Assembly: GCA_034717255.1 (NCBI GenBank)
Contig: JAYELE010000029.1
Location: 1 to 25,345 of the forward strand
Length of the DNA: 25,345 nt
Direction: 5' to 3'
Source: Patescibacteria group bacterium
Lineage (GTDB): Bacteria; Patescibacteriota; Minisyncoccia; Minisyncoccales; JAGMDC01
How positions within the stretch are numbered: the first letter of the stretch is position 1; each line of letters starts with the position of its first letter. Shown here piece after piece: positions 8,892-16,396 of this stretch. The notes below the pieces were generated by a model. That model was not told the DNA's origin, did no database searches, and worked only from the letters and a program-made list of their open reading frames with translations. The translations under genes were made by a program, and so were the position numbers.

Positions 8892-9199
8892 TAATTCCTA
8901 TATCGCGCGTACGCTTCAGAAGTCAAATAAAATTTGCCTTCCATCTCTTCTACATCGTCAAGAGAAACCTCTGTGGATTCCCACATAAACTTGGTGGTCT
9001 TTATCTCTCCACGGGTCTCTCTCAGCTTGGCGACCCTTTTGTCTAATTTAACAACAAGAGCCATAAGACATTTGATACTACAAATGTCTGTTTCCTCGTT
9101 GGGTAGGGTTATCATCCCCTTAGTTCTAGTTGCTAAAGAATAGAATCCCAAATCGGGATCTATTGTTTTTCCACAAACATCGCAAATTCTCTTTTGCAT
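8891..9199 (-). CDS. Orphan small Zn-finger protein, 102 aa, TRASH/MYM-like C-x2-C...C-x3-C
   Basis: ICDVCGKTI ... DICSIKCL; start re-assigned to ATG 9199 because AGGAGGT (9213-9207) lies 7 nt upstream. Confidence 0.8.
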   Translation of the reverse strand: MQKRICDVCGKTIDPDLGFYSLATRTKGMITLPNEETDICSIKCLMALVVKLDKRVAKLRETRGEIKTTKFMWESTEVSLDDVEEMEGKFYLTSEAYARYRN

Positions 9200-9220
9200 T
9201 CTTTTCACCTCCTTTTTAAG

Positions 9221-9274
9221 TTATTAAGAGCTACGCTCATAACTAAATACTATCAAAAAATAACATTATGTCAA
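9221..9274 (-). promoter_or_regulatory. Sigma70-type promoter plus boxA-like element (orphan unit 2)
   Basis: TTGACA (9274-9269)-N16 ending TGa-TAGTAT (9252-9247); 14 nt later AGCTCTTAATAA (9232-9221). Confidence 0.75.
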
Positions 9275-9300
9275 ATTAAATAACAACTTTTTTAATTTTC

Positions 9301-9354
9301 TTGACAAAATATATTTTATTGCTATGCTATAAATACTTGAACAGCTCTTAATAA
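9301..9354 (+). promoter_or_regulatory. Sigma70-type promoter plus boxA-like element (orphan unit 3)
   Basis: TTGACA (9301-9306)-N16 ending TGc-TATGCT (9323-9328); 14 nt later AGCTCTTAATAA (9343-9354). Confidence 0.75.
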
Positions 9355-9389
9355 TTGAATAGAGCAAATATAATAGGAGGACAAGAAGA

Positions 9390-10490
9390 ATGTATGAGAT
9401 AAAATTTGATCCGAGAACATTAGAAACCGTTGACGGATCAGATGTGATAAAAAGCATATTAGATGCTTTAAAATATGGAAACATAGAAAGCGTAATAATC
9501 AAAGGAGGATTGGCTCGCTTTATGTTACTTCTCTCTCAAGGAGAAAACCCTGTTTACGAACAGCTAAGGGATATAGACATTGTTTTGCCTTATTATGGCA
9601 ATCTGTTAAACAATGCAGAAAGTTTGATAAACAAAGAAAGCATATTAAGAGAGAGGTTAAGCAATGTGCTAAATTTGGAGACAATATCTCTTGACACAAA
9701 ACCGTTGAGGGTAAAAAGAGATGTTCCCATTACTTCAACATATTTCGGAACAAGAGATTTAACTATTAACCAAACGCTTATGTTTGTTAAAGATAACTCT
9801 TGGCGCATAGGATATTCCAAAAGATGTTGGAGAGATCTTGTCAAAGAACAGGTTGGTATGATTAACCCATTCGGTCCAAGAATGACAAGAATAGACCATG
9901 GAATAAGAATTCCAACTAACAGGGGATTCTACCGCTTAATGAGAGCTTGGGCTCATAAAAAAGTTGAAGCAATTTGGTTGCCAAGATGGCAAATCAAAGC
10001 GCATTTAACTGAAATGAAAAGAATAGGTCAAAAGCCATTAGGCAATTACCTGTCTTTAATAGTCCGCCAATATGAGAATGAAAATCCTGAGATCCAAGAA
10101 CGATGGGTTAAAATTCTCAATGAGCTTGAATTCACAGAACTAACCACATTCAAAGCTCTCATAGACCAAACAAAAAAGGACAAGGAATTTATATTCACGA
10201 ATGAAAAAATTCCTTTTAGGCAAGAACTAATGAGTTTGATCTATGAAATGAAGACGAGACAAGCGAAGAGACAAGCAAGGACAAAAATCAAAAATTTATG
10301 CGATCATAAATGGGAAATTTTTGTTTGTAATGCCTGTGGTAAAGAATGCGTAATGCAAAGATGCGCAAAACCGGGTTGTAAAGCATACAAACTTCCTTGT
10401 GGTATGAATAATCCTGATGATTTGCCATGCAACAGGATATTTATTTCTGGAGATTGGAGTATATCTCCAGAAAATTTTATATATCTATGA
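9390..10490 (+). CDS. Divergent class II (CCA-adding/poly(A) polymerase-like) nucleotidyltransferase with C-terminal Cys-rich domain
   Basis: IIKGGLAR...RDIDIV (GG + DxD, D61/D63), TRDLTINQ (RRDFTINA-like), RDL and RLMRA segments; eight Cys plus His in aa 304-347; AGGAGG SD at 9375-9380. Confidence 0.7.
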   Translation: MYEIKFDPRTLETVDGSDVIKSILDALKYGNIESVIIKGGLARFMLLLSQGENPVYEQLRDIDIVLPYYGNLLNNAESLINKESILRERLSNVLNLETISLDTKPLRVKRDVPITSTYFGTRDLTINQTLMFVKDNSWRIGYSKRCWRDLVKEQVGMINPFGPRMTRIDHGIRIPTNRGFYRLMRAWAHKKVEAIWLPRWQIKAHLTEMKRIGQKPLGNYLSLIVRQYENENPEIQERWVKILNELEFTELTTFKALIDQTKKDKEFIFTNEKIPFRQELMSLIYEMKTRQAKRQARTKIKNLCDHKWEIFVCNACGKECVMQRCAKPGCKAYKLPCGMNNPDDLPCNRIFISGDWSISPENFIYL

Positions 10491-10492
10491 AT

Positions 10493-10518
10493 GGACGAAA
10501 ATCGTCCTTTCTTTTTTT
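10493..10518 (+). terminator. Intrinsic terminator of the nucleotidyltransferase-like gene
   Basis: GGACGA-AAA-UCGUCC followed by UUUCUUUUUUU, starting 2 nt after the TGA. Confidence 0.8.
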
Positions 10519-10519
10519 A

Positions 10520-10550
10520 CAAAAAAAACCGCTTTAAGCGGTTTTTTTTG
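10520..10550. terminator. Bidirectional terminator downstream of rplL
   Basis: Perfect 14-bp inverted repeat CAAAAAAAACCGCT-tta-AGCGGTTTTTTTTG. Confidence 0.9.
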
Positions 10551-10565
10551 TGATATATTTGTAAA

Positions 10566-11048
10566 TTATTTTAATTCAACTTTTGCTCCAGCTGTTTCTA
10601 ATTTCTTTTTAATCTCTTCTGCATCGTCTTTTTTAACATTCTCTTTTACTATTTGAGGAGAATTCATCGCTGAATCAACTATATCTTTTGCTTCTTTCAA
10701 TCCTTTTTCAGTAATATCTCTAACAGCTTTTATAACTTCAATTTTCTTGTCCCCTATTGAAACAAGTTCAATATTAAATACAGATTTTTCTTCAACAGGA
10801 GCTTCTCCAGCAGGAGCAACTCCAGCAACAGCTGTCATAGGAGCCATAGCTGAAACTCCAAATTTCTTTTCTAAAATTTTTACAAGTTCTGATAAATCTA
10901 AAACAGACATTTCTTCAATCCCTTGTACTAATTTTTTAAATTTTTCAGGAACTTCAACTTCTTTTTCTTCTTCCTCTTCCTCTTTTTCTTCTTTTTTTTC
11001 TTCTTCAACTTTTGCTTCTTCTGAAGCTTGATTATTTTCTTTTGCCAT
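10566..11048 (-). CDS. rplL: 50S ribosomal protein L7/L12 with charged N-terminal extension
   Basis: [24 protein letters not shown], Ala-rich hinge, [38 protein letters not shown]. Confidence 0.97.
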   Translation of the reverse strand: MAKENNQASEEAKVEEEKKEEKEEEEEEKEVEVPEKFKKLVQGIEEMSVLDLSELVKILEKKFGVSAMAPMTAVAGVAPAGEAPVEEKSVFNIELVSIGDKKIEVIKAVRDITEKGLKEAKDIVDSAMNSPQIVKENVKKDDAEEIKKKLETAGAKVELK

Positions 11049-11065
11049 AATGATTTAATTATTAA

Positions 11066-11214
11066 GCGAAGAAAACAACTTTTAATCAGGCTTTGAAACC
11101 AAAATGGGCAAAACTTTGCTTGGTTTTGTCGCAAAGCGACAAAATTTTGGTTAAAAACAAACGAACTTTTTGCGGAAAAAAGCAAACGACTGATTAAAGG
11201 TTGTATTTCATAGC
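11066..11214. repeat. About 150-bp imperfect palindromic element between rplJ and rplL
   Basis: Outer arms 11071-11089 / 11190-11209 (one G-T, one bulge); inner AACCAAAAT/ATTTTGGTT; central TTTTGTCGC-aaa-GCGACAAAA (11124-11144). Confidence 0.7.
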
Positions 11215-11237
11215 AAAATAATTTATAAAATATTATA

Positions 11238-11756
11238 CTACACTTTAACTTTTGATAAAATATACACTAAACTTTTAATGTTTCCTTCCAATACGCCAAC
11301 AAAATTTGAAACAGGAGCTTTAACGCTTCCAACCAATCTTGCCAAAAGCTCTTGTTTTGAAGGCAATTTAGACATAGCAATAGCGTTATTTGCGTCTAAA
11401 AATTCATTTTCCATTACTCCTCCTAAAATTTTTAAATTCTTGTTATCTCCTGAAAAATCTCCTAAAACTTTAAATGCGGAAACTTCATCTTTATATCCAA
11501 AACCCAAAATAATTTCTCCCTTAAAATCTTTAATTTTTTTGCCAACTTCTAAATTAAAATTTTCAAAAGCCATTCTTATCAATGTTTTTTTTGCGACCTT
11601 TAATTCACAATCCTTTTCTCTCATTTGTTTTCTCAAATCAGTCAAATCATTAACTTTCAAACCTGTAAAATCCGCAAAAATAATACTTTTTTGTTTTTCT
11701 ATATTTTGTTTCAATTCTTTAAGCGTATTTTGCTTTTGTTCTTTTGTCTTTGGCAT
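11238..11756 (-). CDS. rplJ: 50S ribosomal protein L10
   Basis: MPKTKEQK start, FADFTGLKVNDLTDLR, KVAKKTL, ILGGVME, SKLPSKQELLARLVGSVKAP; upstream of rplL. Confidence 0.96.
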   Translation of the reverse strand: MPKTKEQKQNTLKELKQNIEKQKSIIFADFTGLKVNDLTDLRKQMREKDCELKVAKKTLIRMAFENFNLEVGKKIKDFKGEIILGFGYKDEVSAFKVLGDFSGDNKNLKILGGVMENEFLDANNAIAMSKLPSKQELLARLVGSVKAPVSNFVGVLEGNIKSLVYILSKVKV

Positions 11757-11760
11757 AATT

Positions 11761-11858
11761 AAAAAAATCCGCTGACGCAGACAAAAAAATAATATAAAAA
11801 AATTTATTTTTGCCTAAACAGGATTTACTATATAAATATATACCTGCTGTCTTCAGCT
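11761..11858 (-). ncRNA. L10 leader (ribosomal protein autoregulatory RNA)
   Basis: Immediately 5' of rplJ; GAAGACAGCAGG...UAAAUCCUG..AGGC core as in L10_leader; closing helix GCUGA/UCAGC and AGGCAAAAA/UUUUUGUCU stem. Confidence 0.75.
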
Positions 11859-11868
11859 ATTAACCTTT

Positions 11869-11896
11869 AATTTACTTATTTTAACAAATTTGTCAA
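11869..11896 (-). promoter_or_regulatory. Putative rplJL promoter
   Basis: TTGACA (11896-11891)-N16-TAAATT (11874-11869), just upstream of the L10 leader. Confidence 0.55.
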
Positions 11897-11898
11897 AT

Positions 11899-13278
11899 TT
11901 ATTCTCGCTCGTCTAGCGCGACCCAAACAAACTTTTCCTTATATTCTTCTTCACCCGCGCTTTCCAAATCGCAAAATTCTAAAATTTTTAATTTAACTCT
12001 GTCATTTGGATTATATTCCATAATAATTTTTGCTAAAGAGTTTTCCAAAGTAATTTTTTTATCGTCAAATTCTAAAATAATATCCATATCTTTTAATCCG
12101 ATTTTTTCAGCCGCGGACTCGGGAAAAATAGCCGATGTATTTGCGTCTTTTGAAATAATTAAAACTCCATAATCAACAGGAAGCTCATATTGCTCTTGAA
12201 TTTCTTTTGAAACAACAACATAATGAATTCCTAAAAACGGATATACAATTTTCCCCAATGTTTTTATTTGCTCAATATCTTTTTTCGCTTTATTTATAGA
12301 AATGGCAAAGCCGATATTTTCCGCTAAACCTTGCGCCATAGCTGTATTCATTCCTATTACTTCCCCCATTAAATTCAAAAGCGGTCCGCCAGAATTGCCT
12401 TTATTAATTGCCGCGTCTGTTTGGATAACATTTTCTAAAGTTTCAACAAATCCAGCGTCGTTTGAAGCTGTTATGGTTCTTCCTAATCCAGAAACAACGC
12501 CAAGCGAAACAGTATTTTTAAATTGCCCTAACGCATTTCCAATAGCTACAACACTCTGCCCTATTTTCAAAGAAGAAGAATCTCCCAATTTTACAAATGG
12601 AAATTGCTCTGTTATTATTTCGCCTTGCTCGTTAAATATTTTTTTTCCGTCAATTTTAAGCAACGCTATATCTTGCAAAGGATCTTTGCCTAAAATTTCC
12701 GCTGTATATTTTTCTCCATTGTTTGTAAGAATCATATAATCAGCTGTTTCGTCTAAAACCACATGTTTATTTGTCAAAATCATTCCATCTGCGGACACAA
12801 TAAAACCAGAACCTCCTCCTATTTCTTTTTTTTCCATACCCTTTTCGCGATATTGCGGAATTTGAAACAAATCGTCATTAAACGGAGAAAAATAATATTC
12901 CTCTATTATCGGCATATCTTTGGTAATAACTATGTTCACAACAGCTGGAGAATATTTTTCCACCACGCTAATAATCTTTTCTTCTTGTGTTGTTTGCGGA
13001 ATATATTCTTTTTCTGTTATTTTTTCTATAATTGTTTCTTTTTTAATAATTTGTTCCAATGGTTTTTCAATTCCTTTGTCAGAAATATACTTTTTTATTT
13101 CAACATAAAAATAAGCTCCTGAAAGCGCGCCAGCTAAAAAACCGAAAAAGCAAGAAAGAAAAAGTGTTAAAATCAAACTATGAAAAACTTTATTCTTAAA
13201 AAAAATATTTTTCTTTTTTAATTTTTTCTTAGGTTTATTTAATTTTAACAATATTTTATATTCTGGAAGTTTATACAT
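11899..13278 (-). CDS. Membrane-anchored HtrA/DegP-family trypsin-like serine protease with PDZ domain
   Basis: N-terminal TM helix, GGGSGF, LTNKHV, DIALLKI, QTDAAINKGNSGGPL, PFLGI PDZ motif. Confidence 0.93.
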   Translation of the reverse strand: MYKLPEYKILLKLNKPKKKLKKKNIFFKNKVFHSLILTLFLSCFFGFLAGALSGAYFYVEIKKYISDKGIEKPLEQIIKKETIIEKITEKEYIPQTTQEEKIISVVEKYSPAVVNIVITKDMPIIEEYYFSPFNDDLFQIPQYREKGMEKKEIGGGSGFIVSADGMILTNKHVVLDETADYMILTNNGEKYTAEILGKDPLQDIALLKIDGKKIFNEQGEIITEQFPFVKLGDSSSLKIGQSVVAIGNALGQFKNTVSLGVVSGLGRTITASNDAGFVETLENVIQTDAAINKGNSGGPLLNLMGEVIGMNTAMAQGLAENIGFAISINKAKKDIEQIKTLGKIVYPFLGIHYVVVSKEIQEQYELPVDYGVLIISKDANTSAIFPESAAEKIGLKDMDIILEFDDKKITLENSLAKIIMEYNPNDRVKLKILEFCDLESAGEEEYKEKFVWVALDERE

Positions 13279-13300
13279 AATAATATATTATAACCTTATT

Positions 13301-14854
13301 TTAATTTTTAGCAATTTTTTTTCGTACTTTTTCAGTAACGCTAAACCCCATATATTTGCCAAGCATTAAACGAGTTTGCGCGTCAAGCGCTGGCAAAGCT
13401 CCAAAAATTATTAAACTAATTGGAAGAAAAATCCATTGCGTTAATATAAAAAAATTTTCTGATTTAGAAAAATAAAAATTTCGCGAACCAAGAAGCAATG
13501 TGTTTATTATCACAAAAACAACTATACCTATTAAAGTAATTTTCATTATATTCCCGGTAATACTCGGTAAACTGTAAGAAAGCATTGTTTCTCTAAACAC
13601 GCTTCCTCCCAACATTATCGGAAGCCAACCTAAAAATAATATAAGCAAAGCATTGGTCGCCCACGCCCAACATCCTTCTACAAGCAAAAAAGCGTAATGA
13701 AATTTTTTTATAAAAGGAATTTTTTTATTTTTTAAAAACCCGAATAAAAGATAAGGAATTCCTTCACTCCCCCACGCCCATCTTCTTTGTTGTTTATATT
13801 GGCTAATAATTGTGTCTTTTAAGTTTTTTGACAAACAAGAATCCATAGACACTGGATAATGTAAAGGAAATATTTGATAATCTCCGTTATAAAACAAAAA
13901 TGCTTTCCAAAACACTCCCGCATCTTCTGAAACAACATTTGTTTGCCAAAAATTCATTTCATTCAAAGCCTTAAAACTCATAGAATGAGAAGAATAAGTG
14001 ACAATTTTTTCAGGTCTCTGCTGTTGAATCATCTGCCAAAAAACATTGCAAGAAGAAACAACTCTTGAAAAAAATGGAGCTTCTGAAATATTATTCAAAT
14101 ATAAAGGAATTGGCTGAAAACTTGTCAAATAAGGACAAGAACAATTAAACCATTGATAAACAAGAATGGAAAAATATTGAGGAAAAACTTGCGTGTCAAT
14201 ATCAAGACAAGAAACAATAATATCGTTATAAGAAATATTTTCAACATCTATTATTTTTTCTTTTGCTTGTTTTATTGCCCAAGTTTCGTTTGAACCTTTC
14301 CCAGCAAGCTCTCCTTGTATATCTTTTGGATGCGTTGTTATTAAAAATTTATAAAATCTGTCTCCAAATTCGCTCTTTATTTTCTCAGCTATTTCTTTTG
14401 CCGTCTTTCCAGCCCGCTCTTCAATTCCCAGAACCACAATCATTTTTTCTTTTGGATATTGCGTTTTTAGCAATGCTTGAAAACTCTCTCGCGCGACAAC
14501 TATATCCTCTTTATACATAGGAAAAATAATCAGATGAAAAATATTTTTTGATTCAGGAATTAATTTTAATTTTTCATTCCAATCTGTGTTCAAATTTTTT
14601 CGCATTTCTTTATAAGATGAACAAAGACAAAACGAAAAATAAATAGCTCTAAAAAGCCAATATAAACAAAAAATAATAATAAAATAAGCAACAAAAGAAG
14701 GAAAAAACAATGAAAAAATTATTGCGGAAAATAAAGTAGTCCACGCCAAAAAACCGGGAAGTATTTCAAAATACCTATATATTTTTCTTTGCTTTAAATC
14801 TTTAATATCTGTCGCTTTTCCAATATTTATATAATATTTATCATTATTTTTCAT
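13301..14854 (-). CDS. Processive membrane glycosyltransferase family 2
   Basis: AGKGSN, LDID, SEDA and QQRRW (D,D,D,QxxRW signature); N- and C-terminal TM helices. Confidence 0.85.
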   Translation of the reverse strand: MKNNDKYYINIGKATDIKDLKQRKIYRYFEILPGFLAWTTLFSAIIFSLFFPSFVAYFIIIFCLYWLFRAIYFSFCLCSSYKEMRKNLNTDWNEKLKLIPESKNIFHLIIFPMYKEDIVVARESFQALLKTQYPKEKMIVVLGIEERAGKTAKEIAEKIKSEFGDRFYKFLITTHPKDIQGELAGKGSNETWAIKQAKEKIIDVENISYNDIIVSCLDIDTQVFPQYFSILVYQWFNCSCPYLTSFQPIPLYLNNISEAPFFSRVVSSCNVFWQMIQQQRPEKIVTYSSHSMSFKALNEMNFWQTNVVSEDAGVFWKAFLFYNGDYQIFPLHYPVSMDSCLSKNLKDTIISQYKQQRRWAWGSEGIPYLLFGFLKNKKIPFIKKFHYAFLLVEGCWAWATNALLILFLGWLPIMLGGSVFRETMLSYSLPSITGNIMKITLIGIVVFVIINTLLLGSRNFYFSKSENFFILTQWIFLPISLIIFGALPALDAQTRLMLGKYMGFSVTEKVRKKIAKN

Positions 14855-14861
14855 AATATAT

Positions 14862-16382
14862 TCAAGGCATTAAAATTTCTTTTTTCTTTAATTCTATATT
14901 AAAATGCCAAACAATCAAGCATAAAATCAAATAAAAAAATAAAAATTCTTTTGCTGTAATATTAAAATTTACATAAGAATAAGAAAAACAAGAAAATTTT
15001 TCTATTATTAATATCAAATAAGACAACAAAATATAACAAGGAAAAGACAAAATAAAGGCTAAAAATGAAGAAAAAACGCCAAAAAAACTTAATAAAAATC
15101 CAAATATCAAAATAAAAGGCAAAACAGGAATAACCAACATATTTGTAAAAACTCCGACTATTGAAATATATCCAAAATTATAAATCAAAATTGGCAAAGT
15201 AAAAATTTGCGCTGATAAAGACGCGCTCAAAATATTTCTTAAAAATTTTATTGAAATAAACTTAAAACAATTTTCAAAAAACGGGGTTAAATATATTATT
15301 CCCAATACCGCTAAAAATGAAAGTTGAAATCCAATATCGGATTTTAGAAGTAAAGGATTATGAATAAGCATTAAAACTCCCGCAAAAATTAAAGCCCTGT
15401 GAGCTGTTCTTATTCTCCCGATTTTTTGAGCAAATAAGAATATGCCAACCATAATCCCCGCCCTTATCGCTGATGTCTGAAATCCTGTCATTATAATAAA
15501 TAAACTTAATAAAACAGCAGTAAAATAAAACGCTTGCGCGCGCCATAACCCCAATGAAAGAGCCAACAAAGTTAAAACTATCGCTAAAATACCGATATGC
15601 ATCCCTGATATGCATGTGATGTGTCTTAATCCGGTGATATTTAATTTTTGCTTCCATTGCTCTGAAATTCTCGCTTTGTCTCCTAAAATTATTGACCCTA
15701 AAATTAATGATTGAGGAGGAAAAAGATTTTGCTCTATTGAATCTCTCATCTTGTCTTTGAAATCATAAATTTCAAACATTAGCAACGGCATAAATTCAGA
15801 AAAAATATCAGTTTTCTCTTTTTGATTGTCAAGTATTTTAATTTCTGACGCGCGAATTATTGAATAAATTTCATCTTTAGCCAAATAATCTTTATAACTC
15901 GCTAAAAATGAAAAATGAGAATCATCAGGAGTTTTCATTTTGCCGATAATTTTCAATTCATCGTTATATTGAAAATTTTGAAATTTATCCGCGTATATTA
16001 AAACTTTGCCTAAATTTTTATAATTTTTTCCTTGTATTTGACACGGTCTTACAATTAACTTTGTGTAAGTTTCCCTTATATCGGGCTCTGACACTATTTT
16101 TCCAATTAAAATAATTTCTTGATTTGTATTGTTTATTTTTAACAACTCGTTGTTTACGGCTAAAGCATCTGCTTGTTGATGCCGTAAAATTCCTATTGCG
16201 CAAAATATCAAACAAAAACCAATAATCGCTATTTTTTTATATTTCCATAAAACTGAAATCAATAAAATTCCGAATATCAAAATTCCAAATATCGTTATCA
16301 ACCCTAAATTAAAAAAAGAATTAACAAAAATTCCAAAAATAAACGAAACGCAAAAATATAAAAAAACTTGCGAATAATGCAT
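14862..16382 (-). CDS. comEC: ComEC/Rec2 competence protein lacking the C-terminal metallo-beta-lactamase domain
   Basis: N-terminal TMs plus OB-like region, HITCISGMHI, SAIRAGIM, DIGFQLSFLA, SLSAQIFTLP, TNMLVIP. Confidence 0.88.
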   Translation of the reverse strand: MHYSQVFLYFCVSFIFGIFVNSFFNLGLITIFGILIFGILLISVLWKYKKIAIIGFCLIFCAIGILRHQQADALAVNNELLKINNTNQEIILIGKIVSEPDIRETYTKLIVRPCQIQGKNYKNLGKVLIYADKFQNFQYNDELKIIGKMKTPDDSHFSFLASYKDYLAKDEIYSIIRASEIKILDNQKEKTDIFSEFMPLLMFEIYDFKDKMRDSIEQNLFPPQSLILGSIILGDKARISEQWKQKLNITGLRHITCISGMHIGILAIVLTLLALSLGLWRAQAFYFTAVLLSLFIIMTGFQTSAIRAGIMVGIFLFAQKIGRIRTAHRALIFAGVLMLIHNPLLLKSDIGFQLSFLAVLGIIYLTPFFENCFKFISIKFLRNILSASLSAQIFTLPILIYNFGYISIVGVFTNMLVIPVLPFILIFGFLLSFFGVFSSFLAFILSFPCYILLSYLILIIEKFSCFSYSYVNFNITAKEFLFFYLILCLIVWHFNIELKKKEILMP

Positions 16383-16396
16383 ACAAAAATTTTTTA

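Noticed and set aside
9266-9502. 78-aa minus ORF across the divergent promoters, and the GTG start at 9208
   Set aside because: It overlaps the NTase gene and promoter region with no signals; the GTG lies inside the SD of ATG 9199
10444-10473. 11-bp inverted repeat TTTCTGGAGAT/ATCTCCAGAAA inside the NTase 3' end
   Set aside because: Real in sequence, but within coding DNA and followed by two better terminators; no role can be supported
5085-10550. Integron cassette array
   Set aside because: No integron integrase, no recognisable attC with RYYYAAC/GTTRRRY ends; genes are in mixed orientations with their own promoters
5487-11073. AGCGAAGA shared by the left ends of the 5487 hairpin and the 11066 element
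   Set aside because: Only 8 bp and the right arms do not match; not enough to call one family
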